From Octopus bimaculoides (lineage: Eukaryota), in assembly GCF_001194135.2 (NCBI RefSeq), contig NC_068981.1, positions 108,043,359 to 108,107,358 of the forward strand: 64,000 bases of DNA, written 5' to 3'. A model generated the notes under the pieces. The model was given only the letters and a program-made list of their open reading frames with translations, ran no database searches and had not been told where the DNA came from. Position 1 is the stretch's first letter. Each line of letters opens with the position of its first letter. Shown here piece after piece: positions 50,732 through 62,662 of the stretch. A program made the translations under genes and the position numbers.

Positions 50732-51212
50732 TCAAGAACATTCTTGTAAAAGAATAATATATATATAATAGGCGCAAGCATGGCTGTGTGGTAAGAAGTT
50801 TGTTTTCCAACTACATGGTTCCAGGCTCAGTCCCACTGAATGGAACCTTGAGCATGTATCTTCTAATATAGCCTTGGGCTGACCAAAGCCTTGTGAGTGG
50901 ATTTGGTAGACAGAAACAGGAAGAAGTCTGTTGTATATATATGTATATATCTATGTGTGTGTGTCTTTGTGTCTGTTTGTCCTCCCATCACCACTTAACA
51001 ACTGGAGTTAGTGTGTTTACATTGCGGTAACTTAGTGGTTTGGCCAAAGTGATCGATAGAATAAGTACTAAGCTGAAGAAAGAAGTCCCGAGGTTGATTT
51101 GTTCTACTAAAAAACCTTTCAAGGCAGTGCTCCAGCATAGCCACAGTCAAATGACTGAAACAAGTAAAAGAATAAAAGAATATATATTCATATATATATG
51201 ACTGTATATATA

Positions 51213-51640
51213 CTAGCTTAGTAACCCATTGTTGCTGGGCAATTTACACAATAGAATACTTTTATTTCAATTTTTAAAATTTTATGTCAGAACATGTTTT
51301 CCCCCCAATGGATAGACCTTTTGATCAGAATGGATTTTTGCATTATTTGGGGCAATTTATAATGTCTCAGTAAATGAAGTTTTTTGTTTTTCCATTTGGT
51401 GCATAGATATAAAGATTTTTCTTACTTCTTAGTTTTGAACATTCAACATAAAGTTGACCATGAGTGAAGCAGGGCTCTTTATGGTGTAAACCAGCAACTG
51501 AAAATGTTTGTCCTTGCGCTTTGTTGATGGTCATGGCAAAACTAAGATTCACAGGAAATTGAAGTCATTTGAACTGAAATGGAACATCGTCATCTGAGAT
51601 TGTACAACAGAGGTTCTTGTGCACTTACCATCTAATTGGT
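51213..51640 (-). mobile_element. Helitron 3' end (PIF1-like helicase C-terminus, hairpin, CTAG)
   Basis: QFPVNLSFAMTINKAQGQT..FTHGQLYV..S motif. Subterminal GCCCAGCAACAATGGGT hairpin and a terminal CTAG followed by T on the minus strand. Confidence 0.92.
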
Positions 51641-51796
51641 GCATCATATGCTCAGATGTCTCCTGAGACCATACGATAGAGGTTCGTGTTTTGTATATCA
51701 TCAAGTCTATTCCTTTTCTGTTCGGATGTCTCCTGAGCTTGCTGCTGGTACTTTGTAAGGATCTTTAAACTCTGTTGCCCTATTGGAACTCATTAC

Positions 51797-51898
<102 letters not shown>

Positions 51899-54800
51899 CA
51901 TAAGAGCTATACAAATGCAGAGAAAGAATGAGAGAGTGCAGTAAATATATATAGAGAGGGGGAAGTTTACAATGAGAAAACTTAAGACACAGAAAGACAG
52001 ACAGACAGAGGTACATAGAGAGACACTCGGCTCTTCTGATTGACTTGCTTTACATGTCATATCAAGAAAGAGAGAAATGGAGCAGCATGTGTGGGAGATA
52101 TACATATACAGAGAGAGTGTGATAAATATATATATATAGAGAGGAAAAGTGAAAAAGACAGAGGGAGACAGATAGAGAGAGGTAGATAAACAGTTATAAG
52201 ACAGATCACAGAGAGAGAGAGGAAGAGGCAGAGAGAAACGTATACACACTCAGGTAATCATGAGTTTAAGATTGTTCTAAAGACATTCAGTGTTGGTCAT
52301 CTGGAAGTTGAGTTGTCTCTTGTAATAAATTTATGTTTTGATTACTAATAACCAAAAATCTTGGGATGCAGAGTTTGAAAATCAAATCCATTTTACTCTA
52401 GAATGTACTATTTTGGAACCTTTCAGTGACATAAACATATACATATATACATAGACCCTCATTTCTGGCAAAAATTAGTAGTACCTGTATTTCAAAGAGC
52501 CAGCCTTGTCACATTCTGTGTCACACTGAATCTCTCTGAGAATTACATTAAGGGTACATGTGTTTGTGGAGTGTTCAGCTACATGCACATTAATTTCACG
52601 AGCAGTCTGTTCCATTGATCGGATCAACTGGAACTCTCATCGTCATAACTGACAGAGTGCTAGTTATATATATATGTATATATATATTATTATGATGACG
52701 ATGCCACATGTCAAGTTTAATTGTGCTAGCAGTATCAATAGTGTGCTATTTTCATAAATGTATATGATACCATGACTTCCTTCTGTTAGTACAGAAGAAG
52801 ACATACTTTCATACGTGTATTTCTAAATTTGTTATATATGTTGATTGACATATTTCTGGAAATATGCCTTGAGTATGTACAACATCTTCCCTTTCATAGA
52901 GAATATCATTCCTTTTACCCACATGCAAAATTTCTTTGATATTCAATAATATAATTGATGTTATATTTGAAGATAAGACGTATGAAGTAACCATCTTGTG
53001 TATTACTATTTGTGATCTTTGTGTCTATTGGTTAGGCTAGGATTAAAAGATTAAAAGAGTCTAAAAATGATTTGCAAGCATTGATTTACTATTTCTTTTT
53101 GATTTCGCCTGTTTACTATTTGTTTTCTTGCGAATAATTAAATAATTGTTTCTCTCAATCATATTAATCCAAATCAATATATTTACAGTTTTAAGTCTGT
53201 ACATCTATTGATTTGCATCAATATGATTGATAGATTAGGTATGTTTATGTGTGTTTGTGTATGCATATGTTTTCTGCATGTGTGTAAGACGATTTTGGAT
53301 ATAGAATTATTTGCTAGTATACATAATATAAATATACATGCGCATAAATGTCTATCTATAAACACACATTCATATCTGAAGAAAGCATATATTTATGGCT
53401 CAGGCTTGTAATTATTAATTTTAAAAGCATTTGATGGATTCAGTACATTGTCATTCTTGAATTGTTCTCCTTTGTTATTCATAAGCATATTTGTTGTTAG
53501 AAATATTTTGTTAGGTGTCTTTCAGGATTTTTAGGGTCTTGTAGTTCACATCCACCATTTTCATAGACACTTGAAAACATTTGAAGGGAAAACAAGACCT
53601 GTATTTGGCTGACTCTTTTAGATCAACTGAATTAATTCTCAGCTCTTATTATTTTATGTCTCTATCAAATATTTCTATTATTTTTCAAATAATCAAAACA
53701 GCAAGAGGTTTTGCAATTGGGGTTGTTTTTGTGAAAGAAGAAAATATTTTGAACAACAGAAAATAATGTTAACACAATTTACAGAAAGTTTCTGACTGGA
53801 GTTGTAACGTGAACGCTTTTGGTGTGACTCCTTCAGGTCTGATGTAGAGCATTTTTTCTGAAAATAGCAATTTGACTAATTGTCTTAAAATATTTTGTTT
53901 TTCCTTTTTACATTCTGAATACATAATGCTCTATCACTGACTTTACCCTTCATCTCCCACAAGATCGATTAAACAAATACATATAATATCCTATGGTTAA
54001 TTCAATCAACAATGTACCACTTCCCTATGGATAATGGTCTTGTTGCTAGTGAAAGTGAAAAGAAACTGATATTTAGAGAAGATACATCTTCCATTTTCTT
54101 TATTCATTATTTTTATCTGTGTGTCCTACTTCTTTCTGTATGTTTGAACATATAGATTATCTTCCAATTCAATTCCAACATCCTGCAATTTGCTAACTGA
54201 AGATTATTATTATTCCCATATTTATTTCATCCAGAATAAGTAGATATTACATGATAGCTTTAATCCTGTCAATACATGACTACTCATCAGTTTCTTTTTA
54301 ATTTATCTAGCAATTTTCTATAAAGTTATAGTTAGCTTTCTTCTATCTCAATTCTTTTTCCATTGATTGGTTTTTTTCAAACCATGGTTCATCCTTCTAT
54401 ATCATGATGTCTAGCCATGGAATAAGCGCTATGGTTTGTGCATTTAATTTGTATTTTCTGTCTTCCTCTTGAATTACCGTACATTAGCATCACACTTTCT
54501 CTCTCGTTTTCTCTTCCCCCACCTCATATACACACAGTCACTCACATCATTATGAGGTTATGTCATGATCTTCTCATTTTTTCCATATTTATATAAACAG
54601 TACCTAAAGAAAAATTGCCGCTGTGGCACATCATAAAACAAAGAAATAAAGTAGTAAGTACATTATTGACATTTGACGGATATTTGTCCTCATCTTGTTT
54701 GTTAACACAACATTTTGGCTGATATACCCTCCAACCTTCATCAGGTGTCTTGGGGAAATTTTGAACCTAGGTTCTCATTCTTAAGGTATTTTTCGATGTT

Positions 54801-56194
54801 GTTGTTGTTGCTGCTGCTGTTGTTGTTGTTGTTGTTCAGGTCACTGCCTGGAATCGAACTTGGAATCTTGGGGTTAGTCTCTACATCTACACAGGAAAGT
54901 TAGATGGTTTGAAAGATGAGCTAGTTTTTGATGAAGTTTCTCTATATATCTCCATTGAAGTCTAATGTTGGCTCCGTACTGATTAGATAATACAGTTCTA
55001 TATTTAAGAGATGAGGAATTATGTACATTATTTACATTTGACGCATATTTGTCCTCATCTTGTTTGTTTTTATACCCTCCAGCCTTCATCAGGTGTCTTG
55101 GGGAAATTTCGAATCTGGGTTCTCATTCCTAAGATATTTTTCGATGTTATTATTATTATTATTATTATTATTCAGTTCACTGCCTGGAATCGAACTCAGA
55201 ATCTTGGGGTTGGTAGCCCACGCTCATAACCATGGGCAATCATGGAATGAATTTTAGGGCTTATAAATCTAATAGTTTCCTATCCTTCCTTAATACCGGT
55301 TCCCATAAGCTATTCATATCTGCTCTCGGTCTGCTTAGGAGGTTATTGCGTCCTAGCATATGTGCTGCTTCTCTTAGTTTTCGTATTTTCCAGGGTGTTT
55401 TCTGTCTATTATTTTAACTTCATCCCACAGGGGGAGGTGGTCTCCATTTTTCCATACATGATCAACTATACCCGATTTATCAATATCTCCTCATGTCACA
55501 GCTTTACAATGTTCCTCTACCCTTATTTTGAGGGGGCAGAATGTTTCGCCTTTGTATAACCTACCACAGCTGCATAGGATGGAGTACATGAAGAAATGAT
55601 CAAGCTCAGTAACAATCTCTTAAGCAACAACTACCCCGCAAAACATACTATCCACTCCAATAATGAAGAAAAGAGAGGATGAAACCAATAAACGGTCCAC
55701 AGTCTATCTACCCCATGTGAAAGGCCTCTCCAAAAAGATACAAAAGATATGCAACCCATATGACATCAAGACAGTATTCAAGAGTAATACAACACTTCGC
55801 AAATATCTCCTTTGAGTAAAACCACCAATAGAAGAGAATATGACTAAGAACTGCATGTATTCCATCCTATGCAGCTGTGGTAGGTTATACAAAGGCGAAA
55901 CGTGCTGTCCCCTCAAAATAAGGGTAGAGGAAGATCGCGAAGCTGTGACATGAGGAGATATTGATAAATCGGGTATAGCTGATCATGTATGGAAAAATGG
56001 AGACCCCCCCCCACTGTGGGATGAAGTTAAAATAATAGACAGAGAAGACCACTAGAAAATGCACATATGCCAGGGCACAACAACCTCCTAAGCAGACTGA
56101 GTACGAATATAAATAGCATGTGGGAACTGGTATTAAGGAAGGATAGGAAAATATTAGATTTATAAGCCCTAAAATTCACCACATAATTGCCCAT

Positions 56195-56267
56195 GGGCAT
56201 ATGGTGTAGTAGTTAAGAGTGTGGGCTATTAACCCCAAGATTCCGAATTCAGTTCCAGGCAGTGACC
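56195..56267 (+). promoter_or_regulatory. tRNA-like A/B-box module within the PLE terminal repeat
   Basis: A-box TGGTGTAGTAG. The B-box is GTTCGATTCC in both minus-strand copies and ATTCAGTTCC here. Not a functional tRNA. Confidence 0.7.
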
Positions 56268-56332
56268 AGAATAATAATAATAACATCGGAAAATACCTTA
56301 AGAATGAGAACCCAGGTTCAAAATTTCCCCAA

Positions 56333-56378
56333 GGCATCTGATGAAGGCTGGAGGGTATATCAGCTGAAACATTGTGTT
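56333..56378 (+). ncRNA. Minimal hammerhead ribozyme motif in the PLE terminal repeat
   Basis: GGCAT-CTGATGA-A-GGCTG(gagggtatat)CAGCT-GAAAC-ATT-GTGTT. The minus-strand sibling at 54704-54749 has stem I GACAC/GTGTT and stem II closing CAGCC. Confidence 0.8.
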
Positions 56379-56457
56379 AACAACAAACAAGATGAGGACA
56401 AATATCCTTCTAATGTAAATAATGTACATAATTACTCATCTCTTAAATATAGAACTG

Positions 56458-56531
<74 letters not shown>

Positions 56532-56545
56532 TGTTGTTGTAGTTG
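56458..56545. repeat. (AGT)n/(GTT)n microsatellite at the PLE end
   Basis: Seen directly. Confidence 0.95.
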
Positions 56546-56794
56546 TTGAATGGGAATCGTTATACATTTACCTGTAGCAATCTGAAGTAAACTTAAAATA
56601 TAACTACTACAGCTTATTCTTTTCTCACCCTTCAATGTGTGTGTGTACCTGTGGGAGTGTGTGTGAGTGTATATTGATTAAAGTAGCAACACAAAACTTA
56701 GAGTAACATAAAGATACAGCTTTGACTGAAGATTTTACATATATACATACATATATATGCACACACACACACACAATATTTANNNNNNNNNNTA

Positions 56795-57480
56795 TATGTC
56801 TGTTTTCCATGCTGGCATGGGTTAGATGGTTTAACCAGAGTTGGTAAGCTGCTCCAGGCATCTGTTTTGGTCTGGTTTCTATGGCTGGTTGCCTTCCTAA
56901 TGTCAACCAGAGTATACAAAGTGTCTTTTATGTGTCACCAGTGCTTGCCACAACCACATTTTCACTTAGTTTAACATGTCTTCTCAAGCACAGCAAATCA
57001 CCAGAAGTGTTGGTCGCTAGTCATCATCTCTGTGAGATTCAACATCCGAAGACCACATTTCACCACCTCATCCCTTGTCTTCCTGGCTCTACCTCCTCCA
57101 TAGGTCACCTCCACAATTAGAGATTGGCACTTCTTGATGCAGCTGTCCTTGTCCATATGCATCACATGACCATACCAGAATAATTGTCTTTCTTGCATGC
57201 TAGATCTGATGCCTCTTATACCTAATTTTTCTCTTAAGACACTTACACTCTGTCATATATGCAAATTAACATTACACATCAAGTAGAGCATGCTAGCTTC
57301 ATTTCTTTCAAGCCTTTGCATGTCATCTGCAGTCACAGTCTATGTTTCATTACCATGTAGCATGGCTGTTTACACTCAAGCACCATACAACCTGCCTTCC
57401 ACTCTGAGGGAGAAGACCTTTGTTACCAATAAAGGTAGAAGCTTTCTGAACTTTTCCCAGCCCTTTCTTGTTCTAGCAAT
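56795..57480 (-). mobile_element. RTE LINE 3' fragment
   Basis: QERQLFWYGHVMHMDKDSCIKKC..GGGRARKTRDEVVK..LTE..W plus the family 3' UTR. Confidence 0.85.
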
Positions 57481-57635
57481 TTTGTCCAGCCCATCCTTAT
57501 TCTAGCAACTTTTCCCAGCCCATTCTTATTCTAGCAACTTTGCCAGCCCATTCTTATTCTAGCAACTTTTCCCATCCCATTCTTATTCTAGCAACTTTGC
57601 ACACCCCTTTCTAATCGTAGCAACTTTTCCTAGCC
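57449..57635. repeat. 28-29-bp minisatellite (about 6.5 units)
   Basis: Unit TTCTAGCAACTTTTCCCAGCCCATTCTTA. Confidence 0.92.
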
Positions 57636-57764
57636 TGTTCTGTACAGTTAGCTGTATGACTACTACTGGCAAATTTGGAGTTCCATCTAGAGTATCATCA
57701 TTCAGTTTGCTTCCAGAGTGATACTTAGTATTATTACTGGTTATGATATACTGAGCAAATGTGG

Positions 57765-58037
57765 GAGAAATTATAATAACACAAGTTTATAATATTTGTC
57801 TGCAAACATACATTTCACCATTTTGGTCATTTGCAACCTCTGCATTGGCTCTTCCAAGTATAGTTGGATGCTAAACCACTACAGATCACCAGGGTAACAT
57901 TTTCTTGCATTATGTTATAGAGATCAAATACCTAATGAGGCACTTGGATCATCCAATGCTGAGGTTGCAAATAACCACAATGGTGAAATGTATGTTTAGA
58001 GACAAATGATATAAACTTGTATTTAACATAATTTCTC
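57765..58037. mobile_element. Foldback MITE with about 100-bp imperfect inverted arms
   Basis: TTTGTCT..AAACATACATTTCACCATT..GG..ATTTGCAACCTC..GCATTGG..TCCAAGT and its reverse complement; roughly 85% match. Confidence 0.75.
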
Positions 58038-58079
58038 ATATACATACATTTATATATGTGTGTATATATGTATATACAA

Positions 58080-58396
58080 AACTGGCACTCTGTTGTTTAT
58101 GATGATGAGAGTTCCAGTTGATCCAATCAACAGAACAGCTTGCTCGTGAGATTAACGTGCAAGTGGCTGAGCACTTCACAGACACACATACCCCTTCACA
58201 TACTTCTCAGGGAGATTCAGCATGACACAAAGTGTGACAAGGTTGGTATCTTGAAACACTGGTATTACTCATTTTTGCCAACTGAGTGGACTGGAGCAAT
58301 GTGAAATAAAGTGTCTTGTTCAAGGACGCAACACACCACCGGGAATTGAACTTGTGACCCTACGATCATGAGCTGAATGCCTTAACCACTAAGCCA
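58080..58396 (-). mobile_element. tRNA-derived SINE (family C)
   Basis: Minus strand GGCTTAGTGGTTAAGG..AAGTTCAATTCCCGG head and TCCTTGAACAAGACACTT core. A 3' fragment of the same family lies at 52490-52660. Confidence 0.8.
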
Positions 58397-58763
58397 TGTG
58401 CCTTCACATGTATATACATACATGCATGCATACATTCATACATACATATAACATGTACACATATATAGACACACACATATACGTGTGTGTCTATATATGT
58501 GTGCATACATACACACATACATACATACATGCATGCATGCATGTGTGTTTGTGGGTAGCATTATGTTTACAAGTTGTGCTAGAAAGTAAACAGTGTGAAA
58601 TTGTAATAAAATTTGTTTTTTATAAGATCTTGTACTCCATCATTTATACTATTGCAATATAGAAAATAGGTATGTAAAAAAGCCATAAAAGAATATATTA
58701 AGTATATGTATATAATATATATGTGATATAATTGTAATATAATTATTCATACATATTTGTATG

Positions 58764-58878
58764 TTGTATGGCCATATCACTTTGAATGCACTAGTTATTG
58801 TCTTATCACCAAAGTTAAGCATTGTCAAGCCTAGTTAGTACTTAGATGGGTAAGGACCCCTAGGTGTTGTAAGCATTT
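58764..58878 (+). pseudogene. Degenerate 5S rRNA copy
   Basis: GTATGGCCATATCACTTTGAATGCAC..AAGTTAAGCATTGTCAAGCCTAGTTAGTACTTAGATGGG..GGTGTTGTAAGCATTT aligns by eye to eukaryotic 5S. Boxes A and C are recognisable, with many transitions and a short 3' deletion. Confidence 0.85.
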
Positions 58879-59510
58879 CACTTTGTGTGTGTGTGTGTGT
58901 GTGTGTGTAAGTGCATGTCTTTGTGTTTGTGTTTGTCTCCCACTACTGCTTGACAACCAGTGCTGGTTTGTTTATGTCCTTGTAACTTAGTGGTTTGGTA
59001 TAAGAGACTGATAGAATAAGTATCAGGCTTTAAAAAAATACATTGGATTTGATTTTTGACTAAAATTCTTCAAGATAGTACCCCAGCATGGCCGCAGCCT
59101 AATGAGTGAAACAAGTAAAAGATAAAATAAATCTGTAATGCAAACACACCCTGCAGACTGTGATAGTCAATATAATGATAATAAATCAATTTTTTTTTTT
59201 CTTTCTGTATAGCCTGTTATCAAATGATCCACAGCCTAATATTTGTCCATAGCCCAGTGATTAGAAACCCCTGCTGCGAGCTATTCTAAGAAACTAAACT
59301 GTTCTCAAAATGGGCATCTTATCTTGACAGAACATACATAGGAACAAACTGCTTAAATAGAAATACCAACAAATGCTTATGTAGTGTACTGTAGGGAATG
59401 TAGAAAAGGTAACAAATTTTAAGTATCAATATCACCCAGTTGTTTGAGAGCTGGAAGATACAGAAGCCACTCTTTCTATTGTCTCCTCCAATAGCAATTT
59501 TGGTAACATG

Positions 59511-60793
59511 TACACAGTGCACCGTTAAAGATTCCTGATTATTTAAATAAATTTATTTTATTAAATTCAGTTTGAAATTGTACAAAAATAATAAAAATGG
59601 GCTCCTCAACATTCAATTGATCATGTACACTTCATTGTTTGTTTACATTCATCGAGTAAAACATTTCAGTATGGCAGCTAACAGGTGAAGTGAGGTTGTA
59701 GCTCTGAAAATAGCAGGACATAGCATCAAAGACATGGCTTCAAGGGTCCGTGTTGATCCCAAAACCGTCTATGTCATGAAACACTACAGTGAGACAGGTT
59801 TAATCGACAGCAAACCCATTCCTGATCGAAAATGATCCATAAGCCTGAAACAATTGGTGGATGTCATTCAAAAGAGAGTGTTGTGAAATCCATGGCGGAG
59901 CATGAGGCAAATGGCTAAAAGTTTCGATATCTTCCAGACAACCATGCAATGGGTCACACATGAAAACTTAAATTGTAAGTCATGAAAATTGCAATGTCGA
60001 CACCTAATTTCGGCTGCTTCCAAAGCAAAGTGACTGGACAAGTGCAAGAAAATGGCAGAAGAGATTCAGAGTGCCAATGACTTTGTCTGGTCAGATGAAA
60101 AGATATTTACCCTGGAGGCTGTAATGAAAACCCAGAATGACAGGATTTAGGCCACAAGGTTGGATTCTGTTCCCAAAGGCACCATAAGGTGTTTCACCAA
60201 ATGAAACCTGCCAGAATGGTGGTTTGGGTGGCAATGTCATCCAATGGTGGAAAATCTCCTCTGGTGTCCATTAAAGAGGGGACAAAGGTCAATTCAGCAG
60301 TTTACATGAAAATGTTGTAGGATAATGTTTTGCCATGAGTGGCTGAAATATTTGGAGATAATTATGTGTTTATGTAAGACGGTGCTCCATCTCATACATC
60401 CAATGTAACACAGCAGTGGTGCAGGAGCCATTTCAGTGGGTTCTGGGCCAAGAATGTGTTCCCCCACAACTCCAGCCCAGATGTCACCTCTATGGACTTT
60501 GCTATTTGGTCCATTCTAGAAAGTGGCGTTTCAAGAGTTTCCTACAAAAATATCACTGCCCTGAAGAAAGTTTTAATCATGTCATGGGAGGGTTTAAGTG
60601 AAGAAGTTGTCCAGCATTCATGTGACTCCGTTCTCGGCCATATTCAGGTGATTGTGAAAGTTAAAGGTGGACATATTGAATGAAACATATCTTAATATGT
60701 TACATAACCATATTTAATTAAACCCTAAAGAACTAATGTTACTAAAAATTGTGACTAAAAATCAATCTGGAATTCTTTATGGTACACCCTGTA
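59511..60793 (+). mobile_element. Near full-length defective Tc1/mariner transposon, DD37D (maT)-like
   Basis: WSDEKIF, [Q>*]DGAPSH and SSPDVTSMDFAIW motifs; 38 residues between the second and third D in this copy. Imperfect TIRs of about 28 bp, TACA(C/G)(A/G)GTG(C/T)ACC..TAAAGA..TCC.GAT. Confidence 0.88.
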
Positions 60794-62662
60794 TTAAAGA
60801 AGCAATATGTACAACCACTGATTAAGAATAACTATATGCTTTTTGACTATCAACAGTTTAATGTATTAATTTGAATACTACAGCTCACACATCTTTGCCA
60901 AGATGTCAATTTCTAAGCATGGAAATTTCTAATTTCCAAATGTGGCTGTGTAGTATCTCCTGCTATAACCTCAGGCCAACCAAAGCCTTGTGGGTGAATT
61001 TGGTTGACAGAAACTAAAAGAAGCCCATCATAAGTGTGTGTGTGTGTGTGTTACTGCCTCCTTGCTGAGACTTTGCATGATATCTGTAAAATAAGTACCA
61101 CCATTGCAGTGTCTTTCATTTACAATCTCCCATGAAAACATGTCTGGCCATGAGAAAATATCACCTTCCTTGGAAACAGGTGAGGGTTGGTGACAGGAAG
61201 GATATCCAGCTGTAGAAAATCCACTTCAGCAAATTCCATCTGGGAAAAGTGAACATTAAGAGGATGATGATGTCATAACAGTGTAATGTTGTTTATATTT
61301 TTATTTCACATTTTCCCCTTTAAAACAAATATTGAATGAATTTTGAATTTCTCTAACTTTGCTTCACATGACTTTATTATCTTCTTAATAGTATACAGCA
61401 TTTAGGTAATGGTGATATTATAAGAAATTGCAGAGTACTTGATAAAAGCTTTAAATATTTTGTTTATTGATCATTGTTTCCTGTCTGGATTAATTTTGCT
61501 TTTCATTCTTCTGGGGCTGATAAAGTATGTACCATTTAATGTACTGGTTTAACCTGTTTAAGCCAGTATTTAATCTGGCCATATCCAGCCCAAATATTCT
61601 CTTTGTTTTATGTTCAAACTTGCCAGATCCTACCTCTCACACTTACCCTACAATGTCATTTTGAACATTTACCATCACATCATCAAAATTTCAACACTAT
61701 AAGATGATAAATGATTGGTTGGAAACAATGTGAATGGATAAACATTACATTTGACAGAGTAATGTGAATGCTAAAGGGTTAAATTCATTCAGTTATACTC
61801 CTGAAGTTACAAGTCTGCATTTGTAGCAAGTTAAAGGAATTACAATGCAGTATTTAGTAAATGTATGAAATTTTAATGATGGCAGCTACACAGATTGTAC
61901 ATTTTGATTCTTGTTGGAAATATTACATCAAGACCTATCTATCTGTCAAACTTTTTGTATATGCTCATTAATTTTATGCTGTTATAACAGCTGGAGTACA
62001 CAGGATGATTTGAAATTTATGCATGTATTTTTGTAATTTGTTACTATAATATATTAAATTTTCATAAACTCTGATTGTTTGCTGTATTATGGAAAACAAA
62101 TATGTTCTTTAGATGTATTTTTGCAAACTAAAACAGTCTAGATACTAAATTGAAATTGCTTCAAATGTCGAGTGCTTTTCTAACCCTCAGTGCTATACAA
62201 ACTTGCAAATTGCAACAAAAAGTAGAGAGAGGGGGGGGAGAGGGAGAGGGAGAGAGAGAGAGAGAGAGATTAATTCTAATTGATAAATAGTTTAATGAAA
62301 AAAATTATTTCATAGTTGTGTGTTATGATATAAATGATAGCAAAATGTTATGGTATGAATAAATTATTATTACCTGCTGATTATAATGTAACATAAATTG
62401 TTGACAAGAAACTTATGTAATGTGTTTTTCAAAAGTGATAAAAAAAAATAGGATGCAGTATTATAAATAGAATACAATGTAAAATACGTCAGTGATATAA
62501 TTTTATTTGATTCACTGATCAATATTTTGTTTTATTTCTAGGGAAAATGCATTGGTGACGTTCAACTTGCTGCTACTGTCTCAACCACAATGAATTAAAT
62601 TTCATTTAAGAAAACATCAAAACTCTTTCTTTCTAATATTTTGAATAATATCCAGCATAAAA

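Larger units (their letters stand above)
54657..56458. mobile_element. Penelope-like element locus with tandem and inverted pseudo-LTRs
   Basis: The + strand 55590-56458 encodes a decayed LPHVKGLSKKI..KNCMYSILCSCGRLYKGET..IADHVW (GIY-YIG). 54990-55590 is its inverted copy. The minus strand 54878-54990 encodes a PLE-type ORF start (EKLHQKLAHLSNHLTFLCRCRD). A third partial terminal repeat lies at 54657-54878. Confidence 0.9.

Noticed and set aside
53780-53860. Possible minus-strand exon (MLYIRPEGVTPKAFTLQLQSETF)
   Set aside because: Weak donor, no partner exons and no recognisable homology.
56195-56267. Functional tRNA gene
   Set aside because: The acceptor stem and anticodon arm are irregular, and the sequence is embedded in a PLE repeat whose three copies decay independently. 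SINE heads were rejected as tRNAs for the same reason.
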